DNA of 64,000 nt from Candidatus Omnitrophota bacterium (GTDB lineage Bacteria > Omnitrophota > Gorgyraeia > Gygaellales > JAQTUX01). Under the pieces are notes generated by a model that was not told where the DNA came from, ran no database searches, and was given only the letters and a program-made list of their open reading frames with translations. The stretch is taken from NCBI GenBank assembly GCA_028707125.1, contig JAQTUX010000002.1, positions 208,355 to 272,354 of the forward strand, given 5' to 3'. The position numbers were made by a program, and so were the translations under genes. Shown here piece by piece: positions 19,368 through 28,966 of this stretch (position 1 is its first letter; each line of letters starts with the position of its first letter).

Positions 19368-20932
19368 TCTATATCTTCCTTTGGCAATAGTGTTCTGAAC
19401 GGTTCATACAAATCAACTTCTGTTATAACTCCTTCTTTCACAACGATTTTCTTAAACACCAATCTCAGGAGTGCCTTCTTCTCAAAGATGGATAGATTAG
19501 TCCGAGCTTTGGCGGGGTTATTCAATACAGAAGTCAGGAGGTTATTATATTCCTGAGAGGCTTCTTTTTCAATCAATTTCATTTCCAAACCCCTGATTTG
19601 CCGTTTTAATTTATCGTCCTCGTCCTTTAAGGGCTGCTGCGACCCCTTGTAAATCTCCTGACTGATACCACCGTCCAGATAAATCGCAGTAAGTTTCTTT
19701 TGTTTTTCGTGGTTATCATTAAGGGCCTTGCGGGCATTGTAAAAGGCCGCAATAATTTCATCGGACGGGTCTCCGGCCACTTTAAGCAGCTCAGTGTAAC
19801 GCTTTTCTTTTACGGCATTGTGGGCTGCTGCCTTTTCTAATACCTCAAGAGCAAATTCATCGTACGAAGCCGCCACTATATTTCTGTTATTACATTCAAT
19901 GCCTCTTGTTTCGCCTTTAAGCCGGCACCTGTACCATTTCTTTCTTTCCCCTGTCTTTCGGTTCGCGGTATTCGTCATCCCCAGATAGCTGCTTCCGCAA
20001 ATTCCGCATCTTAAAATCCCCGTTAACAGATGTTCGTACTTGTTGAAAATTCTACGAATTGGTTTTCTGTTGTTTGCCAAACGCAACTGCACCTTCTTAA
20101 AGTCCTCATCGGTTATTATGGGCGTATGCGCGCCTTGGGCTTCAACAGTATCCGAGACCTTTCCGGGTAGATAACGGTAACCTTTACCATAACCGCCTTT
20201 TGTCTTTTCCTTCTTACTGTAATGCCGGCGGTTCCATATCAACTTGCCCGTATAAACCTTGTTCTTGAGAATGTCGCAGATTAACTTGCTGTGGAATTTT
20301 ATCCCTGTTCTGGTTTTGTAACCCATGTGATATAAATGGGCCGTAATCTCTGAGGTTGTTTTGCCCAACAGATACATGGAATAGATAGTTTTGACAATCT
20401 CTGCCTGTTCAGGCACAACTTCCAACAGCTTCTTTTCCTTATTATAGTGATAACCGTACGGTGCAAATCGTGCACCTTGCCAATGACCGGCCTTTACGCC
20501 TTTAATCATACCGGGAAAAACTCGTTCCTTGATTCTGTTCCGTTCAAATTCAGCAAAGCTGCCCAACTGCTGAAACATTAAATTGCCAGCCGAGGTTGAA
20601 GTATCAAATGGCTCAGTGGCTGACTTAAAAGCAACCTCTTTTTCTGCAAGTTCCTCTACCAATGAAATCAAATCTTTTAACCGTCTGCTAAATCTATCAA
20701 TCTTATATACTATTACCAAACCAAATTTTCCGTTTTTAACATCTGAAAGAAGCTGCTGAAGCGCAGGCCGCTCTTTTGTATATCCGCTTATACCCTCGTC
20801 TTTGTATATTTTATACACTTGATATTGTTCACGCTTAGCATACCCACACAGGTATTCCTCCTGTACTTCAAGGGAATAGCCTTCTCTTGCCTGGTCTTCA
20901 GTACTAACTCGTATGTAAATCGCAACTTTCAT
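19289..20932 (-). CDS. large serine recombinase (phage/ICE-type integrase)
   Basis: N-terminal resolvase catalytic domain (IYIRVSTEDQ), a recombinase domain, and a Cys zinc-ribbon region (CGICGSSY...C). 547 aa. Confidence 0.85.
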   Translation of the reverse strand: MKVAIYIRVSTEDQAREGYSLEVQEEYLCGYAKREQYQVYKIYKDEGISGYTKERPALQQLLSDVKNGKFGLVIVYKIDRFSRRLKDLISLVEELAEKEVAFKSATEPFDTSTSAGNLMFQQLGSFAEFERNRIKERVFPGMIKGVKAGHWQGARFAPYGYHYNKEKKLLEVVPEQAEIVKTIYSMYLLGKTTSEITAHLYHMGYKTRTGIKFHSKLICDILKNKVYTGKLIWNRRHYSKKEKTKGGYGKGYRYLPGKVSDTVEAQGAHTPIITDEDFKKVQLRLANNRKPIRRIFNKYEHLLTGILRCGICGSSYLGMTNTANRKTGERKKWYRCRLKGETRGIECNNRNIVAASYDEFALEVLEKAAAHNAVKEKRYTELLKVAGDPSDEIIAAFYNARKALNDNHEKQKKLTAIYLDGGISQEIYKGSQQPLKDEDDKLKRQIRGLEMKLIEKEASQEYNNLLTSVLNNPAKARTNLSIFEKKALLRLVFKKIVVKEGVITEVDLYEPFRTLLPKEDIECLLSQVKPKMHIRALECTYARSGAR

Positions 20933-21780
20933 TCTTGGCCTGTTTAGTGTCTTTCTTTCGCATCTTTTCTAATAGTAAATTGAGGAACCGTACGTCTGCC
21001 TGATGCAGAATATGCACCAACTCATCAAGCCGGTATTCCGTATCGTTAATTTCAACACCTTGTTCTGTATCAATGGTAGCTTGCATTTCATACCTTAATT
21101 AGTATTCATCCGGAAACAGTACGCAAGTTGAAGAACGGTCTGCCTCCGTAATAATCCATATCTTTTTGTCACGATAATTGTACGAGGAAAACAGGCGCAA
21201 GTATTTGCCAATGGCGAATTCATTTTCTCTTTTGTCCTGTTCGTCCATATCACCCCAATCACCCGAAACATGCCGCTTCAGACAGCCGGTAACAAACTTT
21301 GCGAAGCTTGCGTTGTCGGCCAACGCATCATTAATCCCTCTTGTACAAACTACGCGCCCCAGCACAAACAATCCCATTTTGCCCTCCCTCTTGAATCCCT
21401 CTTACAAATGAGCCAAAATTGACCACAGTAGCCCACACGTGACCACAAAAATCTGTAGCCGAGGCCTTCCCCCCGCCCTCCACCTGTATTCAATTTGTCG
21501 CGCTCCTCGTTAGTGATTACTATCAGTAAGTTACGATAGAATTGTAGATTTCTTTATTTTGCCAGCTTTTTATCGACTCCTCTTCCAAGGCCTCTGCATA
21601 CCCTCTTCAATCTTTAAGTTTTTAAGCCAAATTAGCTTAACTCTCTTTTATATAGCAAGTTAGGTTGACTCAACCTGTCTTAAATCTTCAAGACAGCGCG
21701 GACAACTTTAAGACACTGTAAATATTTCAAAAAACATAGGTTACGGAATAACGGCTTAAAGACTTAAAAAATTAACCGGG

Positions 21781-23496
21781 TTAAGGCTGTGGCACTTGAT
21801 ACCGTTCAATCCAATTTCTAAGATTGTCCAAATTAAAAATGTAAACTCTCTGCCGGCCCTCGTCCTTAAACCTCCTTTGGGTAGAAACTATACCGATTTG
21901 TTTCAGCATATGAGTTAATTTGTTTTGCAACAATGCAAAACTAAACTCCTTAGATTTGGAAAAATAGCTCAAAACATAGCTCGCCCTATATCCGCGGAGA
22001 TTTGGTTTAAGAAAAAATGGTTCTTTATCTTTTAATAGGTTTTTTAATACAATCAATGTTTTGGTTAATTCATCCTGTACAATATCGTCATCCGCCTTAG
22101 ACTCTATAGCTTTATAACTAAATTCTGTCATCTGTTTAGTAATGAGGTCTTTAGAATTAGACAAATCATCAATAAGGTTTGCAAGGATAAAGATAGGCTC
22201 CCATATATCAAGGTCGCGATTGCCTAAATGCTCAATGCCGCGAATCAGCTTCTCTTCGTTATACCTTTTATAGATTTCATCGGCATGAGTAAGGACAAAC
22301 TGATACATCTGGTCTCTGGTGTCCTTTTGTAATTTTTGGATTTCTTCGCTCTGTTTATATCTTTTAATACTCTCCTCTTTCTTCTTTCTTATCATTGTAA
22401 TTTTTGTGACCCTGTCTTCTAATACGGGGTCGAGTTGTGATATTCCTCCAAGGCATTTTGGGCAATACGCAGAGAATGTCTCAGGGATAAAATTTCCATA
22501 TTTATCTTTTGCTAATCTTTTAATTTCGCCTGAACATGAAAAACCACTATTTAGAAGCGAAATAAAATCTCCGCTTAATTCCCTGTTTGCTTTTGTAAAA
22601 CTTTCTGCTTCATCAATAAATAATGTTCTTAAGTTAGCGTGGACATCGCGAAAAAGAGCTGCCATAGTTATGTTTGCAAGAGAACACCCGTTAAAGGATA
22701 GTGGAGCCATAATATCCATGAGTAGTGATTTCCCGCTACGCTTTGGTGCTGTAATCCAAAGGTATGGATAATATCGGAACATCTTGAAGCAGTAAGTTCC
22801 CATTAACCAAAGTGCCAAAAAAGCTGCCTGTTGGTCATTTTGGAATAAAATATACGTTCTTAAATAATCTACTATGGAAACAAAAAGCCGATGGGCATCC
22901 GGCCCTCCCTCTCTCTCAATAAATTCAATTACGCCTTTACTTGAAAAATTAGACACCTCTGTGCCTTCGGGCTCTAGTTTAAACCCTAATTCCTGTGCAG
23001 CCTTATAATAGGTAAGGATTTCCTTGCGCGATGTTAAAAGATACTTTCCGTCCTTTGACTTAAACATATAAAACATCCTCCCCTTCTTATAGTCTTGGCA
23101 TGGGTGTATTATTGTCTGCTCTTTTTCTTCTCCGAGATTTTTCTTTATTTTATCGATGTTGATTTCTTCAGGGACGGTATCGACCTGCTCCTGCGACTCC
23201 TCTTTTAACTTCATTACCCGTTTGAATATTTGTTCAACCTCCTTACCCGATATATTTATTGAGGAATCTTTACACTGAAAATGCTTTTTAAATTCCGTTT
23301 TAATGTATAACCTAGACGCCTCTTCCGGGATTTTAGATAAATAGAGCAATAATGGCATTGATTCTTCGATTAATGCTGTGGAGTGTATATTCTTGGGTAT
23401 GCGGCCCAATAGATAGTCGGGATATAATTGGGCTTTATCGACTAACTTTTCGAATCCCTGCTTTTTATGCACGATGAAGAAGTCATCTAGTTTCAT
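21781..23496 (-). CDS. P-loop NTPase, primase/helicase-associated (DUF3987-like)
   Basis: Walker A TAPKRSGKS and Walker B-like LFIDEAE. Its 571-aa size and its position next to a toprim-like gene fit mobile-element replication modules. Confidence 0.5.
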   Translation of the reverse strand: MKLDDFFIVHKKQGFEKLVDKAQLYPDYLLGRIPKNIHSTALIEESMPLLLYLSKIPEEASRLYIKTEFKKHFQCKDSSINISGKEVEQIFKRVMKLKEESQEQVDTVPEEINIDKIKKNLGEEKEQTIIHPCQDYKKGRMFYMFKSKDGKYLLTSRKEILTYYKAAQELGFKLEPEGTEVSNFSSKGVIEFIEREGGPDAHRLFVSIVDYLRTYILFQNDQQAAFLALWLMGTYCFKMFRYYPYLWITAPKRSGKSLLMDIMAPLSFNGCSLANITMAALFRDVHANLRTLFIDEAESFTKANRELSGDFISLLNSGFSCSGEIKRLAKDKYGNFIPETFSAYCPKCLGGISQLDPVLEDRVTKITMIRKKKEESIKRYKQSEEIQKLQKDTRDQMYQFVLTHADEIYKRYNEEKLIRGIEHLGNRDLDIWEPIFILANLIDDLSNSKDLITKQMTEFSYKAIESKADDDIVQDELTKTLIVLKNLLKDKEPFFLKPNLRGYRASYVLSYFSKSKEFSFALLQNKLTHMLKQIGIVSTQRRFKDEGRQRVYIFNLDNLRNWIERYQVPQP

Positions 23497-23498
23497 TG

Positions 23499-24143
23499 TT
23501 ATTTCTCCGGTAAATTAATTATTTTCACTATGGCCCCTTTGCCTATAAGCATCTCGGCAAGACACCTCTCGGCCAAAAAAACATTCTTATTGGTAAATTT
23601 ATCCGAATCGAAGACAATCTGAACTACGCGCCCCTTCAAGGCTATGTTGTCAAAATCCTCTACTGGCTCATGTCCACTCGACCAATTCCAAACCCCTGAA
23701 ATAGCGATTGCAAAGAAGCCTTCTTGGCAGGCCTTTAGTGCCTTTTTTTCGCCTTCCGTTAGGAAAATCGGGACATTCACATCATCAATAATCGGCCAAA
23801 CTTTCGGCGGAATGTAAAGACGGGATTTAACTCCTATAGGCCGTATATATTTACGGGACTTTTTACCTGCCACATCTTCCGGCAAAGGTATATCTAGCTT
23901 AAAATTTAAATCCTTTTCCAAGAAACCATCTTTACCTATATATGGTATAACGTAGCCGCCACCGACCCCTTGTTGCCGATTAAGTAAAGTTTTACTCTCT
24001 TCCGCTGAAGCTGAATATATACGCACCGCGAGAATCATTTCATCTAAAAGTTTAGATCTACGTAAGTCCGCCAAATGCTGTGGTAGCAAGACTTCCTTAA
24101 CGTGTTTCGGCCATTCCTTATTTAAGTGCTTAGGTTTAAACAT
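23499..24143 (-). CDS. toprim-like protein (DUF3854-like)
   Basis: IFLTEGEKKALKA (toprim E-G-x-x-K-A) followed by DSD acidic residues. Immediately downstream of the P-loop gene. Confidence 0.45.
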   Translation of the reverse strand: MFKPKHLNKEWPKHVKEVLLPQHLADLRRSKLLDEMILAVRIYSASAEESKTLLNRQQGVGGGYVIPYIGKDGFLEKDLNFKLDIPLPEDVAGKKSRKYIRPIGVKSRLYIPPKVWPIIDDVNVPIFLTEGEKKALKACQEGFFAIAISGVWNWSSGHEPVEDFDNIALKGRVVQIVFDSDKFTNKNVFLAERCLAEMLIGKGAIVKIINLPEK

Positions 24144-24202
24144 TTTATCCTCCTATTTACTGTATGCTTTGCGTGTCTTGCGCATATTAAGGTAAAAAAA
24201 TA

Positions 24203-24760
24203 TTATTTCCCGGTATCGGCCCTATTCTTTCTTTGGATTTTTACTTTTACGGTACGAGTCTCCTTAATTGTTTCTTCAATGAACTTATTTTTATCAATGC
24301 CGTGTGGGTCTTCTGCTCTTCCAAGAACTGATGCTAATTTTTCGATAATCCGTTTGGCAACCCGGTCATTTTCTACCTGAAATATGAAAGCTTGAGTCTT
24401 CCTGTTCTTGCAGAAACTATCGTAATAATGTTTTAAGAAGTCGCGGAAAACCTTTACTACTTCTGTCAGGTTTAGCGTATTCGTCAATGACATGGTAATA
24501 TCTTCAAGATCGAAATGAAGCATATTCTTCAATATAAATAAAGAGCAGAGCTGATCAATAATGCTTCCTTCAAAGTAAGCATTACGCCCGATATGAATAG
24601 GTTTTGGGATTACTCCTATTTCGCAATAATACTGTATAGTCCTCCGCGTTATCGCAATGCCTTTCTTCTTCAGAATGGCTACCACTTCATCAAGAGTAAG
24701 CCGGTTCTCTAATGGGGGTAATAAATCCGATATGGCTTCCTTAAGTCTATTGTCTGTCAT
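24203..24760 (-). CDS. MerR-family HTH transcriptional regulator
   Basis: N-terminal MerR HTH (LTLDEVVAILKKKGIAITRRTIQYY...IGVI). Confidence 0.6.
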   Translation of the reverse strand: MTDNRLKEAISDLLPPLENRLTLDEVVAILKKKGIAITRRTIQYYCEIGVIPKPIHIGRNAYFEGSIIDQLCSLFILKNMLHFDLEDITMSLTNTLNLTEVVKVFRDFLKHYYDSFCKNRKTQAFIFQVENDRVAKRIIEKLASVLGRAEDPHGIDKNKFIEETIKETRTVKVKIQRKNRADTGK

Positions 24761-25108
24761 TTTCTCCTCTGAACATATATTTAAACCTATGCAAAATACG
24801 CAATACTTACAGTAAGTTTACCATTTAATTCTTAGTTGTCAAGTATTTTTTCAAAGATTTCTTTGTGGCTAAGAAACTCCCATTTAAATAGGTTTCAAGC
24901 CTTCTCGTTATCAAAGGCACATTTAATCGCTGTCGTAATAACCACACGGAATAAATATACACATCCTAGGGTTAATATACATAACCCCGCGTATACTAAT
25001 GTATCACTGAAGGCCCCATCTTTTCTTACTTTCATTTTTGCACTCTCCTTTTTTAAATTCTATTCTCTAACAAACAACCGAACATTATTTTGTCCTTCAA
25101 TTCCACCC

Positions 25109-25657
25109 TTAGAAAACCCCCAATTTCTGGGGGGAGGATTTTTTGTCCTTAACGTAGCGCAAGAAATAACCTGACTTAGTCCTCTGCCCCTTATCCTTGC
25201 TTCCTGCGGGCCTTCCCAGCCTCTTTCCTTGCCTTAATGCCCTTGCTAGGCCGTCCATTGTCCTTGATACGATGAGTTCGCGCTCGTACTCGGCCAAAAC
25301 CATGAGCATCTTTAGAAACATCCGGCCCTCTGGCGTACTGGTGTTAATGTTCTGGGAAAGAGAAATAAAGTGAACGCCGCGATTTTTGAATTCTTCAAAC
25401 AGATTAAGCAAGTGCTTTAAGCTGCGGCCCACTCGGTCTAGCTTGTAGCAAACAACACAATCAATCTTGCCGGCGCGAATATCACCTAACAACTCTTCAA
25501 AAGCTGGTCGGTTATTGTCTTTGCCGCTAAAACCATGGTCGACGTATTCGCGAGTAATCTGATAGTTCATGCGGGTGCAGTAATCTTTTAACGGGATAAT
25601 CTGTGTATCCGTTCTTTGGTCTGAACTGCTAACTCTTGCATAAATTCCGACTTTCAT
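25109..25657 (-). CDS. small serine recombinase (resolvase/invertase family)
   Basis: MKVGIYARVSSSDQ catalytic Ser motif, a resolvase core, and a C-terminal HTH. Start trimmed to the internal Met of the track ORF 25109..25699. Confidence 0.85.
   Translation of the reverse strand: MKVGIYARVSSSDQRTDTQIIPLKDYCTRMNYQITREYVDHGFSGKDNNRPAFEELLGDIRAGKIDCVVCYKLDRVGRSLKHLLNLFEEFKNRGVHFISLSQNINTSTPEGRMFLKMLMVLAEYERELIVSRTMDGLARALRQGKRLGRPAGSKDKGQRTKSGYFLRYVKDKKSSPQKLGVF
25117..25147 (-). terminator. hairpin plus U-tract overlapping the resolvase stop (bidirectional terminator-like)
   Basis: CCCCCA-atttc-TGGGGG stem, flanked by T-runs on both strands (TTTTTTG on plus, TTTTCT on minus). Confidence 0.4.
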
Positions 25658-25677
25658 ATGGGATGCCCACCTTTCGT

Positions 25678-25727
25678 AAAATAAAACGGGCGAGGCCAAT
25701 CCTGTGGGGGATTTTGTGACCTCGCCC
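25678..25727 (-). terminator. Rho-independent terminator-like hairpin downstream of ORF 25882..26478
   Basis: On the minus strand, a GGGCGAGG...CCTCGCCC 8-bp GC-rich stem is followed by GTTTTATTTT. Confidence 0.45.
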
Positions 25728-25881
25728 TAATTCGTGCACGAATGTTAAATTTCTATATCCCCCACATTATCAATGGCTTACAACAATTATTATAACAAAA
25801 AAATGGGGGAATTGCAAAAGGTTTTTTAAAATAAATTGGCAGAAATTATTTTGATGTTACATCTTTAGAGGGGAGTATAAG

Positions 25882-26478
25882 TTACGGTATCGTCGTTTCC
25901 CGGTATTTGTCAGGGGTGACCTGCTCGCACAGTTTTAAAACTTGCTGGAACCGGTTACTTTCGCTCGTTATAAACGACGTGTCATCTTTATTCTTTTTTA
26001 TCGACAGAAGCTCTTTTAGTATTTCGCCCATACTTTTTACTATAACCCCATTCGCTTTAAACGATTTGAGCTGCATCGCTTCGTCTTTCAGACGTCCGTA
26101 AATAAACATTTTATCGTATTTCTTACCGAGGAAAAATTCAGCTTTTTGTTTGACGGATAAATCGTCGTATTTCTTCTTAATATAGTCTTTGACGGTTTCG
26201 CCGATTTGCTGTTGGTTTTTCTTACCGGGATCTCGGTCAAGATAGGCCATAGGGTCGCTGCTACACTGAACTTCCACATGCACGCTACCTTCTATTTTGC
26301 CGTTTCTGACTTTAACCGCGAGAATGTCGAGCTCCTTCCGACCGGATTTTAAGCCTTGCACGGCGAAGTAGCCTTGGGAAGCTAACCAGCCCGTTATTAT
26401 GTCCTCGAATAAATCTGCCATGTCTTTAAGCATAGCATAATAACCGGGAAGCGTAAAGAACAAAACACGAAGTGCCAC
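25882..26478 (-). CDS. hypothetical protein with a possible PD-(D/E)xK nuclease-like motif
   Basis: ELDILAVK...GSVHVEVQCS resembles a D...E.Q/K nuclease core (Mrr-like). Divergent from an XRE/C-protein-like gene with a palindrome between them. Weak call. The track start is a GTG; the true start is probably an internal Met. Confidence 0.3.
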   Translation of the reverse strand: MALRVLFFTLPGYYAMLKDMADLFEDIITGWLASQGYFAVQGLKSGRKELDILAVKVRNGKIEGSVHVEVQCSSDPMAYLDRDPGKKNQQQIGETVKDYIKKKYDDLSVKQKAEFFLGKKYDKMFIYGRLKDEAMQLKSFKANGVIVKSMGEILKELLSIKKNKDDTSFITSESNRFQQVLKLCEQVTPDKYRETTIP

Positions 26479-26482
26479 TTCG
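26468..26482. promoter_or_regulatory. 15-bp palindrome CGAAGTG-C-CACTTCG between divergent genes (candidate operator or C-box)
   Basis: Perfect 7-bp arms around a single central base, sitting between the nuclease-like ORF and the XRE HTH ORF. Confidence 0.4.
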
Positions 26483-26736
26483 TGGTAAAAACGACAATTT
26501 GGCGAGATAATTACTTTATGGCTATACCTACAATTAGGCTTAAATTTGCTCAGAAATTACGTGAGGCGCGCAGGAAGGCTAAATTGACTCAAGAAGAAAT
26601 GGCCGACCGCATCGAGTTCAGCGTCCGATATTATCAGATGTTAGAATCGAAAACTCCACCTGCGATTAAAATTGATAGCATAGAAAAAATCGCAGACGTG
26701 CTAAAAATAAATCCTGCCGAGCTGTTGAAGTTTTAA
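26482..26736 (+). CDS. XRE-family helix-turn-helix regulator (controller-protein-like, about 75-84 aa)
   Basis: AQKLREARRKAKLTQEEMADRIEFSVRYYQMLE is a Cro/C1-type HTH. The track start is a GTG at 26482. An ATG at 26518 is an alternative start. Confidence 0.7.
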   Translation: MVKTTIWRDNYFMAIPTIRLKFAQKLREARRKAKLTQEEMADRIEFSVRYYQMLESKTPPAIKIDSIEKIADVLKINPAELLKF

Positions 26737-27179
26737 TTCAACCCAAACTTTTTAGTAAAAGCAGAAGACATAATAGCTACTATTATACCAATAGCAATAC
26801 CAATGAAGAGCGTCCATATTCTATCTGATCTTCGTTGCCGTTCTTCTTCTAAATAGAGATCAGCTTTTGTTGTACAAAAGAAAAGCTGTTTATTAAAATC
26901 ATCCCTATTTATAATCTTTTGTCCGATATATTCGAATTCTCCTTTTCCAAATGATGCAGTGTATAACGTAATAGCTAATTCTCTATTCTTAGAATTGTAA
27001 ATATCTTTGCCATTCTGACTCATTATAGAATCAATATAACCACCTGTTATTAAATTAACGAAAGGATAAGCATCCCGGTGATCATTATATCTCTTAGGTA
27101 AGATTTTAATAATTTGACCTAAGTTCATTTCCTTTTTATCTCTAAGCTCTTTTAATATATTATGAGAAATGTTCTCCAT
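26733..27179 (-). CDS. hypothetical protein with C-terminal transmembrane helix
   Basis: 148-aa ORF in AT-rich island DNA, with a C-terminal hydrophobic segment (WTLFIGIAIGIIVAIMSSAF). No recognised domain. Confidence 0.3.
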   Translation of the reverse strand: MENISHNILKELRDKKEMNLGQIIKILPKRYNDHRDAYPFVNLITGGYIDSIMSQNGKDIYNSKNRELAITLYTASFGKGEFEYIGQKIINRDDFNKQLFFCTTKADLYLEEERQRRSDRIWTLFIGIAIGIIVAIMSSAFTKKFGLN

Positions 27180-27317
27180 AGATAAAACCCCACCAGATTT
27201 GTAATTTTTGTCTATCTGTCTACCGTAAAGCTCAGACCAGCCTTTTGTTTGTTCTTATTTGACCAAAAGGAACTTTTCTTTGCAGAGAATTCTTTTATTT
27301 ATTGTTTTTGCTAAGCC

Positions 27318-27524
27318 TTATCTTCTATGGCATTCCGGACAACAATACGCACAACCATCTGCCCTTGAATACCTTCTCTTAGCTTCTTGAACGGCACCGT
27401 GACAACTTGCAAAATTTCCTAAAGGTTCCCTGTTTTCAGGCTCAGGTAGCCAGTTACAGCTATAGTTATGGACCTCGTGATCACCGTTTGCTTGTGCTTG
27501 TTTATTTACGCAATATTGCGCCAT
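27318..27524 (-). CDS. small Cys/His-rich hypothetical protein (putative metal-binding)
   Basis: 68 aa with a C..C...H...C...GC.YCC.ECH pattern. Last gene of the lexA-like gene string. Confidence 0.35.
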   Translation of the reverse strand: MAQYCVNKQAQANGDHEVHNYSCNWLPEPENREPLGNFASCHGAVQEAKRRYSRADGCAYCCPECHRR

Positions 27525-27561
27525 AATTGACCTCCTTTTGATATGATTAATTTTGGTTAAG

Positions 27562-27780
27562 CTATATTAAAGGCTGACTATCAATATTATCACCTTCTCT
27601 CTTGTCCGGATTATCGCGTAGATAGTTTACACCATTAATTTTAACCGTATGATAACCGGGCAGATTACCATTTTTAACCATTTTGACTGCCTCTGTTCGC
27701 CGAACAACCCTGTCTCCAATCTTATAATGAGTGTTGCCGCCTGTATCATTTTCCTTTCTTCCTGTTATTCTTCTAGCCAT
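27562..27780 (-). CDS. DUF3892-like small protein
   Basis: YKIGDRVV...NGNLPGYHTV.ING..YLRDNPD pattern resembles DUF3892. Confidence 0.45.
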   Translation of the reverse strand: MARRITGRKENDTGGNTHYKIGDRVVRRTEAVKMVKNGNLPGYHTVKINGVNYLRDNPDKREGDNIDSQPLI

Positions 27781-27818
27781 AAATCCTCCTTTTCATGTTT
27801 TAGCATTCATTGTTAGTT

Positions 27819-28316
27819 TTATTCACTCTTCTCGTTCTGTTCATCTTTTCCAGGTGGCATACATACCTTACAAGGCACATAGCCTTTGCTTTTTGCTTCT
27901 TTAACAGAACTGAAAACTATTAAATTTTGAGGTTTGATTTTCTTAGCCCATCTGCACCATGTATAATGATATTTATTAGAATTAATGCTGCCTACGTAGA
28001 CAGATTCCTTTCTCTCTGTTTCAATGGCTTCTTTATTCTCTTGAGACCTCTGTGAGATAGCCTCATATTTTTGAGTATAATTCTGTTTTGGATAAGTTGG
28101 CTGTGAATCACTACAATTTGGATAATATGGCGCACATTTTGCGGAAAGGGGCGTCCCATCACAACATCTGCATCCACATACCCCACCATGATGAGAACAA
28201 CACCCACTTCTGGCTTCGGCAAATGGAGTATTATAAAACGACAAAAGAAATAAGATAAGGATGAATAATACGCTACTTTTCGATATTTTAATTTGGCTCA
28301 AAGCTATATTCTCCAA
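27819..28316 (-). CDS. secreted Cys-rich protein with C-terminal Ada-type zinc-binding-like motif
   Basis: Signal peptide (VLFILILFLLSFYNTPFAEA), a Cys cluster (CCSHHGGVCGCRCCDG), and a C-terminal KYHYTWCRWAKKI...FSS..EA...GYVPCKVCMP motif resembling the Ada_Zn_binding fold. Confidence 0.45.
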   Translation of the reverse strand: MENIALSQIKISKSSVLFILILFLLSFYNTPFAEARSGCCSHHGGVCGCRCCDGTPLSAKCAPYYPNCSDSQPTYPKQNYTQKYEAISQRSQENKEAIETERKESVYVGSINSNKYHYTWCRWAKKIKPQNLIVFSSVKEAKSKGYVPCKVCMPPGKDEQNEKSE

Positions 28317-28327
28317 ATTGATTATAT

Positions 28328-28966
28328 CTATTCTTTATGGCTCTCTTTGGGTATAACTGCTATAACAACACCTTGAATTTGAAAATCATCAGTTAAAATA
28401 ATCGGTTTGTGTCCTTCATTAGAAGATTTTGGTCTTAAAATAATCATATTTTGCGTACGGTGAAATTCTTTAATGGTCGCTTCCTCATTAATCAATGCTA
28501 CGACCCTATCTCCTTCATTGGCTGTTGACTGTTGTCTAACCAAAACAAGATCCCCATCGTTAATCCCTGCTTTATCCATAGAATCTCCCTGGGCATGTAA
28601 TAGATAATATTTTGACCCTGGCTTTGCAAGTGCAGTGGATACAGGAATAAATCCTTCTATATTTTCTTCTGCCAATATTGGCGTGCCGCAGGCTACGGTT
28701 CCAACTATTGGGATGTTCGTAGTTTGGGCATGCATCGAACCGAAATCCAAATCTCTAATAAGCTGGTAATCCCCATTTTTAAATTTCTTTATGACACCCT
28801 TTTCTTGAAGCTGCTCAAGTATATCCTGTACTGATCGCGGAGATTTGTAACTTAAATCAGCCATTAACTCCCTTATGGATGGAGCATATCCCTTGTGCAT
28901 AAGCCAGTTTCTAATATGACGAATAGCCTCTAACTGTTTCTTTGTTAAGCAATTCTCGTTCTTCAT
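28328..28966 (-). CDS. LexA-like repressor (S24 peptidase family)
   Basis: N-terminal winged HTH (PSIRELMADLSYKSPRSVQDILEQLQEKGVI). C-terminal S24 domain with Ser (GDSM) and Lys (KEF) catalytic-dyad context, plus the AQGDSM...GDLVLV pattern. Confidence 0.8.
   Translation of the reverse strand: MKNENCLTKKQLEAIRHIRNWLMHKGYAPSIRELMADLSYKSPRSVQDILEQLQEKGVIKKFKNGDYQLIRDLDFGSMHAQTTNIPIVGTVACGTPILAEENIEGFIPVSTALAKPGSKYYLLHAQGDSMDKAGINDGDLVLVRQQSTANEGDRVVALINEEATIKEFHRTQNMIILRPKSSNEGHKPIILTDDFQIQGVVIAVIPKESHKE

Noticed and set aside
20904-21377. 60-aa and 92-aa ORFs next to the integrase, as possible excisionase/RDF or anti-restriction proteins
   Set aside because: No recognisable motif. They are kept only as a mention inside the replication-module finding.
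24836-25174. 112-aa plus-strand ORF between the MerR and resolvase genes
   Set aside because: Low-complexity AT-rich translation. Its 3' end is occupied by the hairpin/U-tract terminator that overlaps the resolvase stop. Probably non-coding.
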